A stretch of DNA of 62,889 nt, counting the filler, from Trichomonas gallinae (Eukaryota): the NCBI GenBank assembly GCA_008369845.1. It is 8 parts of 8 records of this genome, joined end to end, with 100 filler letters (N's around TTAATTAATTAA, not from the genome) between each part and the next. Parts side by side here need not be neighbours in the genome. Positions count along the whole stretch, not along the records: positions 30,997 to 57,284 come from MRSU01001502.1; 7 more parts are not named here. One strand, written 5' to 3'. Under the pieces are notes generated by a model. It was not told where the DNA came from. It ran no database searches and worked only from the letters and a program-made list of their open reading frames with translations. Position 1 is the stretch's first letter; each line of letters opens with the position of its first letter. Positions 31,298-42,017 of this stretch are shown in pieces. The translations under genes were made by a program, and so were the position numbers.

Positions 31298-33265
31298 ATG
31301 AGTTCCGGCTACGAATATTCGGGCTACAAGCTCTCCGCGGAACTCAATTCGAACGGTTTCCGCGGGATAAGCGTGTCTCTCGACGAAACAAACACGTCTT
31401 CCGAGAGGGATCATTTGATGGAGCAATACGAGCTCAAAATGGGCGAATTACTGAACTGCCAGAAGGAAATTTGTGATTTGAAGAATCAACTTGTCACTGT
31501 TGTGCAGAAATCAAAGCAAAACGACGCGAATTATCAAGCAATGATTCACCAGTACGAACTACAGATAACAGAGCTGCAAGAAAAGTTCAACACGCTTCAG
31601 AGCTCGATAAACCAGTCTATAATACAAAATGAAAACGCGGAAGTCTCAAAATGGATGGAAAAATGCAAAGAATTAGAGAAAACGATCGAAGAAAAGGATA
31701 AAATCATACAGGGACAAGTAGAAGAGATAGATGACTACAACCAAAGCGCTTCGAGCATGAATAGCGAGCGAATGGAGTATTTAGAGAAATTCGAGAAGCA
31801 GCAGAAGGAAATATCAGAGCTTAAAGTGCAGCTGAAAGAGATACCGAGGCTGCACGAGCACATAGAGGACCTGGAGAACACAAATAAAGAGCTTGCAAAA
31901 GGAAATAACGAAATGCAGGAAAAGATCTACAGCCTGCAGTCGCTGCTCGACAACCACACCACAGAGTCTACAACGATCAAAGAGACGCTGGAGGAGCAAG
32001 CAGAGAGGGTAAAGACGCTGATTGACAAGCTGGAGCAAGCAAAGAACGAAACGAAGGCTGCAGTAAAGGAAAACATCATTTTTAAGAACGAAAACAGTCT
32101 ACTTAAGTCGCGGACAGCCAAACAAACCGAAAAAATCAAAGTTCTCACAGAAGATAACAGAAAACTGAGTGAAATTGGCACGAAATTACAGCAAAAGTAT
32201 GTTGATGTCGAAAACATAGTGAATCAGATATTTGCGGCTTCTCCAAACATCTCAACAGTGAGCGAACTCTGTGAATTTTTGAATGCATTTCCAGGGCAGC
32301 AGAAGGAAGTCAGAAGGGAGATGAGGGAGTTGAGACGTACCAACAGGAAGCTAGCAGAGAGGGCTGAAGTGGCTGATAAGCTAGAAATTGAAAATAATGA
32401 GCTGAAAATTACAATTGCTAGGCTCGAAAAGATCAAACGCATCTCTGCTACATTCGCCAGGGTCAACCACGAAACATCGCAGAGGATAAACTTGCTGGTT
32501 TGCAAAGAGAGTCCAACATTACGAAACATTATCGTGACATCCGTCTTGATTAAGCGCTGGCAGAAGTCTTACAGGTCTGCTGAGTACAGAAGTGACACAC
32601 TCAACTGGTGGTGGCTGTCGCCGGTCGGAAACAACGAGTCTTTGGACAGAATCTCGGATGAATTTGAGAAAAACAGAGAAAAAGACGAAATCATCCAAAC
32701 CCTCGAAAGGGAAAACTCCGAGATGAAGGCTGAGTTGGACAGCAAACTCGAGTCGAACAAGCAAACGGAAAACAAGGAAGTTCTCGCGAGAAAATTCCTT
32801 GTCGCCGAAATCGAGCGTCTTAACGCGGAAATAAGCCAGATGGTTGCCAGAGAGAAGTACGAGGAGAAGTCCATGCAAGCAAGAGGTTTCAAGAAGGAGC
32901 TGAAGTCAATAAATCAAAACATTAACGAGCTCAAGCGAGAGAACTTAAGTAAAGACGAGACAATCGGCCAGCTCAAGATAGATATGATGAAGCGCGATGA
33001 AGAATCTCAGAATCTCAGAGAGCAGCTCGAAATTGCAAACGATAAAATCACAGAGCTCAGCGACCAGCTCAAACTCGCATCGAAATTCAACTCAGCAAAG
33101 CGAAAGGAGTTTCTGAGCCTCGAGAGAAGCGTGATTCGCGCAGAGGAAGACAAATTAAAGAAGAACATCGAATTTCGCGCCATTATCGCGGAAAACGACA
33201 ACCTACTCCACAAAAAGGGCGGCCTTGCGAAAGACAGCTCAGTAGTTATTCGGACTTTATTATAA
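31298..33265 (+). CDS. Long coiled-coil protein
   Basis: 655 aa, E/K/L/Q-rich heptads, interrupted by SPTLRNIIVTSVLIKRW..NWWWL. Confidence 0.8.
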   Translation: MSSGYEYSGYKLSAELNSNGFRGISVSLDETNTSSERDHLMEQYELKMGELLNCQKEICDLKNQLVTVVQKSKQNDANYQAMIHQYELQITELQEKFNTLQSSINQSIIQNENAEVSKWMEKCKELEKTIEEKDKIIQGQVEEIDDYNQSASSMNSERMEYLEKFEKQQKEISELKVQLKEIPRLHEHIEDLENTNKELAKGNNEMQEKIYSLQSLLDNHTTESTTIKETLEEQAERVKTLIDKLEQAKNETKAAVKENIIFKNENSLLKSRTAKQTEKIKVLTEDNRKLSEIGTKLQQKYVDVENIVNQIFAASPNISTVSELCEFLNAFPGQQKEVRREMRELRRTNRKLAERAEVADKLEIENNELKITIARLEKIKRISATFARVNHETSQRINLLVCKESPTLRNIIVTSVLIKRWQKSYRSAEYRSDTLNWWWLSPVGNNESLDRISDEFEKNREKDEIIQTLERENSEMKAELDSKLESNKQTENKEVLARKFLVAEIERLNAEISQMVAREKYEEKSMQARGFKKELKSINQNINELKRENLSKDETIGQLKIDMMKRDEESQNLREQLEIANDKITELSDQLKLASKFNSAKRKEFLSLERSVIRAEEDKLKKNIEFRAIIAENDNLLHKKGGLAKDSSVVIRTLL

Positions 33266-33382
33266 TAATAAATTGTTTGTTTTTTTCTTTGATCCAGATT
33301 TATTTAAGAAATCAACCGTTAATTAAAAAAGCTATTTTTGTTATTTTGACTTGTGTGATACAATAAAATAAAATCATAATAA

Positions 33383-34198
33383 TTACTGACCAAGGCGGGC
33401 CTTGATAGCAGCAGCCAACTGATCCTGTGGTGTGTTTCCTGGACCGCCGATGGCAATTCCCTTTGTATAGCTGAGAATTTCGGTCATCTTAGAAACGTAG
33501 ATCTGCTTGACGTGCTCCATGAAGTTTGCGGCGTTGTCTTCGATCATTGTACCAACGTTGACGAGCATCTCGATATTGTCCTTGGCTGGGAGGCTCTTGA
33601 CCTTGCTATCAGCGCATCCACCTGACATGATGACTGGCTTGCCTCCTGGGACGTTAACCTTGAGCTCAAGAAGGACGGAGGAGACCATCTCATAGTCGTA
33701 CTGTCCTGTGGCTGTCTCTGTGATTGTGAAAACATCAGAGCAGGAGATTGAGCCGTCGAATTCCTCTGTGGTAGAGTTGCAATCCTTGCGGACGAAGACA
33801 CCGAGGCCGAAAGACTTGTCCTCGAGGTCCCAGCAGTAAACGGATAATGTACCATATCTGAAGAAGAGGTTGAGGTAAGATGCGAAAGACTTGTTGGCGA
33901 GCTCTTCGAGTTTGCGCAATTTTCCTGATGGAAGCTGGCCATCTGGAAGAGGAGGATAGTATTTGTTTGAGAAAGGTGATCTGAATGAGTCTCCATCACG
34001 GTTGTAGTCGCATTTGATGAAATCTTGATGTGTTTCCTTATCCTGCTCTATTTTGAGTGGGATATCAACAGCCGAAATCATTTCGTCGGTGAGATCCGGA
34101 TTAAGCTGGAAGATATCGAACATTCTCTCTTCGACGTCCTTCGGAGGCACGTGGCGGAGGAGGTCGAGGCCAGCAGTAACCGGGGAATCGTACGACAT
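33383..34198 (-). CDS. CAPZB: F-actin capping protein beta subunit
   Basis: LDLLRHVPP, SAVDIPL, CDYNRDGDSFRSPFSNKYYPPLPDG..PSGKLRKLEELAN and SVYCWD. Strongly biased, high-expression codon usage. Confidence 0.95.
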   Translation of the reverse strand: MSYDSPVTAGLDLLRHVPPKDVEERMFDIFQLNPDLTDEMISAVDIPLKIEQDKETHQDFIKCDYNRDGDSFRSPFSNKYYPPLPDGQLPSGKLRKLEELANKSFASYLNLFFRYGTLSVYCWDLEDKSFGLGVFVRKDCNSTTEEFDGSISCSDVFTITETATGQYDYEMVSSVLLELKVNVPGGKPVIMSGGCADSKVKSLPAKDNIEMLVNVGTMIEDNAANFMEHVKQIYVSKMTEILSYTKGIAIGGPGNTPQDQLAAAIKARLGQ

Positions 34199-34203
34199 TC
34201 GCT

Positions 34204-34220
34204 AGATGATGATAACCGCT
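34204..34220 (-). promoter_or_regulatory. M3-like element plus Inr upstream of capping protein beta
   Basis: The minus strand reads AAAAGCGGTTA-TCATCATCT-AGCGA-ATG: an M3-like AGCGGTT followed by TCAY initiator motifs. Confidence 0.6.
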
Positions 34221-34620
34221 TTTTCGATTCAAATTGGGGACAATGCAAGCATAGCACTGATATCGCTCTAATCGCGGATTTCGAAGCAGTTAGTGGAGAT
34301 GTTTGCAATGAGCAACAAAGGAGTGAAAGATCTTGGAGATTTTTATCGAAGAAAATTTTTTAGGGATCGCATAAAATTGGTTATTTCGGCGCAGGATACA
34401 TGGAAAATCTATTATACGAGTATTTCTATTATTACGTTTCAATAAATCTTCAAAAAATTGCATTAAAAAATGATATTTTTCTCTAATTCTTCAAAATATT
34501 TTCGGAAAACCATGAAAAAATATTTTTGGGTTATTTTTAGTTGTTCTCATGAGGATACATTTTAAAGCGAAAGCAAAAAATTGAGAACTGTAAAAACAAT
34601 AAATTAAAAAAAAAGTAAAA

Positions 34621-35898
34621 ATGCTTGACTGGCTGGAATCTTTTCAGATTTTTGCAGCTGTCTGGGTCATTGTAATCATTGGCCTCATCTGTGGAGTGCT
34701 AAAGATCTTCTCAGCAAAGGATATTTACGCTATTAGGAAGCTGGTTTATCTTGTTCCGATGGCAGCGATGCTCTTCCGCGAAATCGGCAACAGCAAATTG
34801 GACAGGACAACATGGGTCTCATTTGAGCACGCAATCATCATTCAAGGGCTTATGCATATTCTTTCTTTCATTTACGCTCTTGTTTACCATCCAAATGACA
34901 CAATTCGAATGAAATTCCTCAAGAATGCCATGTCTCTCTGCCAGACAGATTTCCTATATTATGCTGTGCCAATTGCGCAAGTTCTATTTTCACCGGCAAT
35001 AGCAGTTCACGCTGCACTTGCATGCTTCGTACAGTATTTACTCATTGTTCCTTTCCATGAAGTACTCGGACTTGTATTCGTTGATGATTGTGAACAGAAA
35101 ATGAATACGAGTCATGAACCGGTCGTTGCACCACCAGCACCGATTGAACCTAAAGAAGCTCCTAAGCCTCCTGTTGAAGAAGAGGAAGAAGATCTAAATG
35201 ATGTCGATTCACCGGAGGAGGTTGAGGTTATCGATGAGAATGGAAAATCACACATTGTTAAAGTTCAAGACGACAATTTGGAAGAAGAACAACATCATGA
35301 ATACGAAAGCAGCGAAAATAAAAATCATCAAAATCAAAATCAGAACAAAGAGAAAGAAGAAACAAAGCCAGCACCACCACCAGATGTTCCAGCACCAGCT
35401 CAAGAAGTTAAAAAGCCGAAATATTGGACTCATAACTGGCTAGTCTTTTGGGCATTCTTTAACCAACTTACAATCTGCGGCGTTCTAGGAATAATCTGGA
35501 GCGCAATCAACATCAAGATGCCGAAGTTTTTAGATAGTTTCGTTACAGATTTGCAGAAAGCAATTTATGCTCCTGGATTGTTCTGCAATGGTATAGTTAT
35601 ATGGAATCACTCGTTCAAAAGTGCTCCAGTAGTTGACGTTATTGTAGGAGTAATTTCTCACTTTTTCATACAACCAGGCCTTTCATATGGAGTTTCACTC
35701 CTGTTGAAACAGCCAGACGAAATAACAAAATTCCTTGTTTATAGTAATGCTGCACCGTCAGCCATGTACGGATATCACTTAAGCCTAACTTTTGAGTTTG
35801 GCGAGTCGATGATATCCTATATATTATATTGGACAACTCTCCTTACACTGCCTGTCTACTTAATTTGGACAGCAATTCTCAATGAAATATTCAAATAA
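34621..35898 (+). CDS. Auxin efflux carrier (AEC/PIN-like, Mem_trans) family transporter
   Basis: Two hydrophobic blocks of about 5 TM segments each, split by an acidic/Pro-rich loop. Motifs LVYLVPMAAMLFREIG, YYAVPI, GLFCNG, HFFIQP and AAPSA. Confidence 0.85.
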   Translation: MLDWLESFQIFAAVWVIVIIGLICGVLKIFSAKDIYAIRKLVYLVPMAAMLFREIGNSKLDRTTWVSFEHAIIIQGLMHILSFIYALVYHPNDTIRMKFLKNAMSLCQTDFLYYAVPIAQVLFSPAIAVHAALACFVQYLLIVPFHEVLGLVFVDDCEQKMNTSHEPVVAPPAPIEPKEAPKPPVEEEEEDLNDVDSPEEVEVIDENGKSHIVKVQDDNLEEEQHHEYESSENKNHQNQNQNKEKEETKPAPPPDVPAPAQEVKKPKYWTHNWLVFWAFFNQLTICGVLGIIWSAINIKMPKFLDSFVTDLQKAIYAPGLFCNGIVIWNHSFKSAPVVDVIVGVISHFFIQPGLSYGVSLLLKQPDEITKFLVYSNAAPSAMYGYHLSLTFEFGESMISYILYWTTLLTLPVYLIWTAILNEIFK

Positions 35899-35929
35899 AA
35901 TATGTTAAAGTAGTTTATTCTTAAAAAAA

Positions 35930-36220
35930 TCATTTCATATTACGACTAAGACCAACTCTTCTTGGGGGTGGTAATGCCAATTTTGGACCTAAACTTCCAA
36001 CTTGCCTCTTAATCATATTTGGTTCTGGTGTGGTTTTTACAGAGGCTTTTGTAGTCTTTTTAGTTGGTTTTGCTAATTTAGGATCCGGGGCTGTTTTTGA
36101 TTTCACCGTTTTTTTGATTGGTTCATCAAATTCTTCATCAGCGATTTCATTCTTTTTCAGGCTGCCGTAGTCATTGTCGCTCTCACTGAGATTCCCGAAG
36201 TCGCAATCGTCAGAACTCAT
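35930..36220 (-). CDS. Small acidic-then-basic disordered protein (96 aa) with C-terminal RVGLSR motif
   Basis: The ORF-track start is GTG. The first in-frame ATG is at 36220 (MSSDDCDFG), directly preceded by the Inr-like TCACTT. Confidence 0.65.
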   Translation of the reverse strand: MSSDDCDFGNLSESDNDYGSLKKNEIADEEFDEPIKKTVKSKTAPDPKLAKPTKKTTKASVKTTPEPNMIKRQVGSLGPKLALPPPRRVGLSRNMK

Positions 36221-36576
36221 CTGGAAGTGAAGTTCATCATCCGAAGTGAAGTTCACATTTTTTATTGTTTTTTTTTAATTTTAACATTGAATTTTTTTGT
36301 GAGTATATAACGTAATGATAGTAATAAACTCATATCTAGGCTATTCACAAGATAATTATGCGATGATTTCAAATCGGATTATTTTTCTTTTTACGAAGTT
36401 GCGCTTGTTTATCGCTATTAGGCAGATATACAAAATGAAAAAGCGGTTTCTCTCAATTTCATAAATTTTCGTTCTGAATTTTGTTAAGCAAATGAAAACA
36501 TGTTTTAAAAATGCTCTACATGCAGCAACACAAACTTCCAAAATAATCAAATTGAATTGATTTTTTTTTAATTTTT

Positions 36577-37545
36577 ATGGATTCAATTGACGAGGATGAG
36601 CGAGAATTTCTGCGTCAACACGAACTAATTGTAACTGGAGAGATTGCTCACGGCGCGTTCGGAATGATCCTTAAAGTGTATTCTATCCATTATAAGCAAG
36701 AATTCGCATTAAAAAGGATTCCACTCCAACACTTCGATCAAAACGAAATTGATTGCACGCGAGCAATTGATAATCTGAGAGTCGTCAATTTATATCGATT
36801 TTTCAGCTTCAAAAATTTATACTACTTGATGATGGAAATATGCGCAAACGATTTGGAAAGAATCGTTCGAGATGGACCTAAATTAACTAGAGATGAACTA
36901 TTTAAGTACACGAGTGGAGTAATTCAATCGATAAAAGCTTGTCACGATGCAAACATCGCACATTGCGATATTAAGCCCTCGAATTTCATGATAGATGCAT
37001 ATGGAAGGGTGAAAGTTGGTGATTTTGGACTCGCAACAAATGTTTTGAAAGAAATCTCATTCGATAAAATCAGAGGAACGAGATACTTCATGTCCCCTGA
37101 GATGATTATGTCAAAAGAGTATGATCTGATGAAGGCTGACGTCTGGGCTGTTGGAGTTACGCTATACTATATCGCAACTGGTTCATTACCATTTTGGGCA
37201 AAAGATCAAGACAGTCTTTTCTCAATAATATGCAAAGGATTGTATCGCATTGACAAAGTTAGTGAGCCTTTGCTTAGACAAGTGATTATTAAATGTCTTG
37301 AAACAAATCCGGTTCAAAGATGCTCAATTGCTGATTTACTAGAGTTATCATACTTTAAGAAGACAAGTACAACAAATGCTGATAAGGTTTTAGTTAATAC
37401 AGCTTCAAAGATAATAAAGCCAAGATTAAATTCAAGGCAAATCAAAAAGTACAGATCAGGAGTGTTCACAGAAGAGACAAAACCTATTGTCGTGTCATAT
37501 CTTGCTATGTGCAAATCCAGCGGAGATGTAGTTTTAATTCAATGA
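36577..37545 (+). CDS. Ser/Thr protein kinase, trichomonad CAMK-like family
   Basis: AHGAFG, ALK, HCDIKPSN, DFG, SPE and DVWAVG. Confidence 0.93.
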   Translation: MDSIDEDEREFLRQHELIVTGEIAHGAFGMILKVYSIHYKQEFALKRIPLQHFDQNEIDCTRAIDNLRVVNLYRFFSFKNLYYLMMEICANDLERIVRDGPKLTRDELFKYTSGVIQSIKACHDANIAHCDIKPSNFMIDAYGRVKVGDFGLATNVLKEISFDKIRGTRYFMSPEMIMSKEYDLMKADVWAVGVTLYYIATGSLPFWAKDQDSLFSIICKGLYRIDKVSEPLLRQVIIKCLETNPVQRCSIADLLELSYFKKTSTTNADKVLVNTASKIIKPRLNSRQIKKYRSGVFTEETKPIVVSYLAMCKSSGDVVLIQ

Positions 37546-37671
37546 ATTATTGGTATTATTGGCTATTTTTGTATATATTGTTTATTATAATAAAAATATT
37601 TTTCTGAAAAAAATCTACACAATTCAAAAAGATTTTCACCGTCAAAATTATTTTTATCGGCTTTTTTAAGA

Positions 37672-38640
37672 ATGAACCCACAGGAGATAGAGTTTTTCGA
37701 TTCCAACGACATACTATTCCAGCACATCATCGCTCAGGGTGGTTCTGGCACAGTGTTCTACGTGCACTCCATTCAGTACAACGCTAATTTTGCACTGAAG
37801 AAAATACCAGAAGAGATATTTCAGGAATCGGAGGTCGAGTGCTTGAAGGAAATAGATGATCCTAGAATCGTTTCTCTATACAAAATCTATAAGTTCGAAA
37901 ATTATATATATCTTTTGTTCGAATATTGCCCTACAGACCTTGAGAAAACTCTCAGACAGAACAAGAATATCACACTCGAAGAAGTTAAAAGGTATTGCAG
38001 AAATGTAATTTGCTGCGTGAAATCATGCCATGACCGGAAAGTTGCACACAGTGATATTAAGCCATCAAACTTCTTAATAGATAAATACGATCGCATAAAA
38101 ATTGGAGATTTTGGCTTATCACAGATTTACGATGATAATCCTTCAAGCACAGCTTTCAAAGGAACGTTGTACTTTATGTCACCTGAAATATTCATGAAGC
38201 AGAAATTCAATCCTATGGCAGCTGATATCTGGGCACTCGGTGTAACATTATATTATATTGCTGTTCGAAAATACCCATTCAAGTCTAAAAAGACTGCAAA
38301 GATCTTAACTAAGATACAAACGGCGAGTTATAAAAAAGAGTTAGTTACTGATCCAGATTTGTTAGAAATAATTGAGCGATGCTTGAAAATAGATCCAAAA
38401 GAAAGAGCAACGTGCGATGAGCTTCTAGCTATGCCTTATTTCAAGAATGAGCCAAAGCAAGAAGTTGCCGAAAGGATTCCTTTGAACAGAAAGGATTCAT
38501 TGATGAAGAGCCATAATCTGATTGTTAGACCACAGATCAGTAAGGGCATGATTTCCTTGAGCATGTCAAGGAGTTCAAATCATTCTCGTATTCAGTTGCT
38601 TGGATCACAGTCGAAGTCTTCCCAAAGGTTTAACTTGTGA
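37672..38640 (+). CDS. Ser/Thr protein kinase, trichomonad CAMK-like family
   Basis: AQGGSG, ALKK, HSDIKPSN, DFG, SPE and DIWALG. Confidence 0.93.
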   Translation: MNPQEIEFFDSNDILFQHIIAQGGSGTVFYVHSIQYNANFALKKIPEEIFQESEVECLKEIDDPRIVSLYKIYKFENYIYLLFEYCPTDLEKTLRQNKNITLEEVKRYCRNVICCVKSCHDRKVAHSDIKPSNFLIDKYDRIKIGDFGLSQIYDDNPSSTAFKGTLYFMSPEIFMKQKFNPMAADIWALGVTLYYIAVRKYPFKSKKTAKILTKIQTASYKKELVTDPDLLEIIERCLKIDPKERATCDELLAMPYFKNEPKQEVAERIPLNRKDSLMKSHNLIVRPQISKGMISLSMSRSSNHSRIQLLGSQSKSSQRFNL

Positions 38641-39081
38641 GAAATCACACTGCTTTTTGTTTGTTATTAGTCTTTATAATAAATTATATATTTTTTTTCT
38701 TCAAAAGCATGACTAAGAAAGGGAAGCATGTACCTTGGTATTAAAATGCTGCACTTCTCGGATGTTGTGATCCTATAACCAAGTTTATGAAATTTAATAA
38801 TTTTGTAAATTGGAATGATGACTGTTGTATACTAATGAATATTCTTTTCCAGGATGTTGGCGATTGAAATACAATGCATATGCTGTTTCAAATACAGAAT
38901 TTTGAATGGTCGATTTGACCAGATTCAATGAAAACCCGAAACGTTGTAAGATCAGAACAATATAAGAGGTAATGGCACCAAATCCAGCATGATGAAAGTG
39001 ATGAAAATTTTGATCGCTGCGTGTGAATTTTTGTAAGAAAGTGATCGCAAAATTTCGCACAGAATTCTCACAATCATAAAA

Positions 39082-40086
39082 ATGGGAGAATCCCGCGAGC
39101 ACTCACCTGCCAAGCAATCCAAGTTCAGCGACTTGATTATCAGGACCATTTCATCCGTGATTCTAGTTTCCATTGAGATCGTGATCATGTGCGCTGGAAG
39201 ATACCCTCTGTTTGCTGAGCTTTTGATAGTTCAAGTTTTCGCATTCAGAGAGCTGTTAAAACTTAGCATCGATGAACAGAAGGAAAAGCTTATTGGCCAA
39301 AGAATCAGAGTTTTTCCATACATTTTATTATTTGCAATTACCTATGCTTTATCCGGCAAAACAATCTTGCACCATTTCATTGCAGACTCTATTATAGCTA
39401 GATATCATCCAATTTTCTGTTTTGCAATTGTTGGAATTGCTTTGATTTTATTTGTAACAGGACTTACGCCAGAAAACGATCAATATGCATATAAACGTTT
39501 CACATATGCATTTTGCGGTGCCATCATCATTGGAGTTCCATGCAACCTTTACACGAAATTCGCTGATACTTCATTGTACTGGTTCTTCGTGCCTCTCTTC
39601 TGCGTTGTCATGAATGATACATCTGCATACTTTTGCGGAAGATTCTTCGGCCGCCATCCATTAATCAAGCTCAGTCCGAAGAAAACAGTTGAAGGCTTTG
39701 TTGGAGCAGCGATTTTAACTCCAGTGACATTCATTGGAATTACATACTTGTCCTCTAAATTCCCATTCATGTATTGCCGCCAAAATCATCCATTCGATTT
39801 TGCGGTTGAATGCTCAACGCCAAAAGAGTTCATACCAGCTAAATATGAGTTCTTTGGCAAATCTTGTGTCTTATTACCAGCGTACATTCATGCCACAGCA
39901 ATCGCAGTTTTTGCAAGTTTGATTGCGCCATTTGGTGGCTTCTTTGCATCAGGATTCAAGCGCGCTCTTGGTATCAAAGACTTTTCCAATACAATCCCCG
40001 GACATGGCGGAATCTTGGATAGAATTGATTGTCAAATCGTTAACTGCGTCTTTGCATTCTTGTACTATGTTACATTTGTTCAATAA
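39082..40086 (+). CDS. CDS1: Phosphatidate cytidylyltransferase (CDP-diacylglycerol synthase)
   Basis: NDTSAYFCGRFFGRHPLIKLSPKKTVEGFVG and the signature SGFKRALGIKDFSNTIPGHGGILDRIDCQ. Confidence 0.96.
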   Translation: MGESREHSPAKQSKFSDLIIRTISSVILVSIEIVIMCAGRYPLFAELLIVQVFAFRELLKLSIDEQKEKLIGQRIRVFPYILLFAITYALSGKTILHHFIADSIIARYHPIFCFAIVGIALILFVTGLTPENDQYAYKRFTYAFCGAIIIGVPCNLYTKFADTSLYWFFVPLFCVVMNDTSAYFCGRFFGRHPLIKLSPKKTVEGFVGAAILTPVTFIGITYLSSKFPFMYCRQNHPFDFAVECSTPKEFIPAKYEFFGKSCVLLPAYIHATAIAVFASLIAPFGGFFASGFKRALGIKDFSNTIPGHGGILDRIDCQIVNCVFAFLYYVTFVQ

Positions 40087-40574
40087 ATTATCACTATTTT
40101 TATTCTTTCATTGATTGATATTTTCTTCAAATCAATTTTTGAATGAGCATTAGGAATTTTAAGATATATGATGGAGCTATGACAATACAGACGAAAACAA
40201 AAAATGAGCGTAAAATCGCTAAAAATTCAAAATAATGATAAAACTGATTGATAACAATGTATAACAATATTTGATGATAAAGTAAAATTTTGAATGCGGA
40301 TTGTTCTCTTTTGATAAGAAACTTTTTTATCGAATTATATTAATACGATGTATAAACTATTAAACCGAAATAATCAGATTGAGAGCCTTCTCAAAACATT
40401 TTCAATGAGATATAAAATTATAGTTATTTCATAAATATGGACAACGATTAACATTATTAGTTTTCAATCCCCACAAATATTGAACAGAAAATTTTCTTAA
40501 CGAAAAATTGTAGACATAGCAATGTTATATTACCATAGAATATGCAGAAAATTCGTTTTCGATCAAAAATTGAT

Positions 40575-41531
40575 ATGAATCCTGATGAGCAGGAGTTCTT
40601 CGCAAAATACGGCATAAAATGCCATGATATCATAGCAAAAGGAGGATATGGTATAATATACTATGTATACTCAACTCAATACAAGTCAAACTTTGCTTTG
40701 AAGAAAATTCCCGAAAAATTTCTCAATGAAACCGAAATTGAGTGCCTTAAGTCAATTGACGATAGCTATATAGTAAGTTTGTACCAATATTTCAAATTTA
40801 ATGGCTATGCCTACTTACTTATGGAATATTGTCCAAGTGACTTAGAGAAAATCCTTAAAATTAAGCCTCGCCAAAATCCAGAAGATATGTTCAGATATGC
40901 TCATGATATTGTTTATTCTGTTAAAGCATGTCATGATAGACAAGTTGCGCATTCCGATATCAAGCCTGCAAATTTCCTTATTGATAAGTATGGGAGAATC
41001 AAAATAGGTGATTTTGGACTCTCAAATTTCTATTTGAATCACAAATATTCAAAAATTTATAAAGGAACCAAATTATTCATGGCTCCAGAGATATTCAAAA
41101 GAAAGGCATACAATCCAATGGCTGCAGATGTATGGGCAATTGGAATAACTCTCTATTTTATGGCTACTCATCAATATCCATTTTATTCTCCTGATCCAGT
41201 ATTGCTAGCTCGCCAAATTGACATTGGCATCTACGCAGACGAGAAAATTGATGATCCATTCATGCGGCAACTGATAGGAAAATGTTTAGTTGTGAATCCC
41301 GAGAAAAGGGCAACGATTGACGATCTCATCAATCTTCCCTATTTCACACAAGGTATCATCCCAAATGATCCATCTATTCACTCAATGATGCGAACAAATG
41401 GAAAAGTAGTAAAACCACAGATACCGAAGCGTCTTTCCATGTTCTCACACCGGTACAACATGTTCAATAAGTTTTTCAAGTCATCTCGCATCCAACTTTG
41501 CCTTTCAAGATCAACTGAAATATTATGTTAA
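40575..41531 (+). CDS. Ser/Thr protein kinase, trichomonad CAMK-like family
   Basis: AKGGYG, ALKK, HSDIKPAN, DFG and APE. Start at 40575 (MNPDEQEFF) chosen by similarity to paralogue starts MNPQEIEFF and MDPEETAFF. Confidence 0.93.
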   Translation: MNPDEQEFFAKYGIKCHDIIAKGGYGIIYYVYSTQYKSNFALKKIPEKFLNETEIECLKSIDDSYIVSLYQYFKFNGYAYLLMEYCPSDLEKILKIKPRQNPEDMFRYAHDIVYSVKACHDRQVAHSDIKPANFLIDKYGRIKIGDFGLSNFYLNHKYSKIYKGTKLFMAPEIFKRKAYNPMAADVWAIGITLYFMATHQYPFYSPDPVLLARQIDIGIYADEKIDDPFMRQLIGKCLVVNPEKRATIDDLINLPYFTQGIIPNDPSIHSMMRTNGKVVKPQIPKRLSMFSHRYNMFNKFFKSSRIQLCLSRSTEILC

Positions 41532-42017
41532 TTTTAATCTGTTTGCAATGAATTCTGTTTGTAAATATATTCGTATGCTTATTCGTACCATTTTTGAGTC
41601 TGAAAAAACCGAAATGGAAAAACAATGCATACACCGAATGATCAATTTCGCTTGAAACGCAGCCATTAATAAGAACAAAACCAAAACAACAAAGAAAGCA
41701 AACTCGACTGAAAATATTTCACAGAAATTTTTGAATCAGGACTAAAAAAATTAACCCAACAGTGAGAACTCAGTCTAATACCATCAACAACTATAATATT
41801 TTGTAAATATCTGAAAACATCATTTACAAAAATTTGAATCATATTTTTTTCTTTACATTTCCATTTAAAACTGCGTGCACAAATGGCACCAGCTGGATCG
41901 CTTTATCAAAAAATCTTTTTACACCCAATTTTATAAAATCGCACAAACGCATCACTCAGGTGATGCAGGTGGACATTAATAAAGAAAATTCAGAGAGATT
42001 CACAAAAATTATTTTAA

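Noticed and set aside
7997..34198. CARMIL-like gene and capping protein beta as a functional gene cluster
   Set aside because: They lie on different contigs, so their proximity is an artefact of concatenation.
36221..36258. GTG start, or frameshifted ATG, for the small minus-strand gene
   Set aside because: The upstream ATG is followed immediately by TGA. An in-frame ATG at 36220 with an adjacent TCACTT Inr explains the gene simply.
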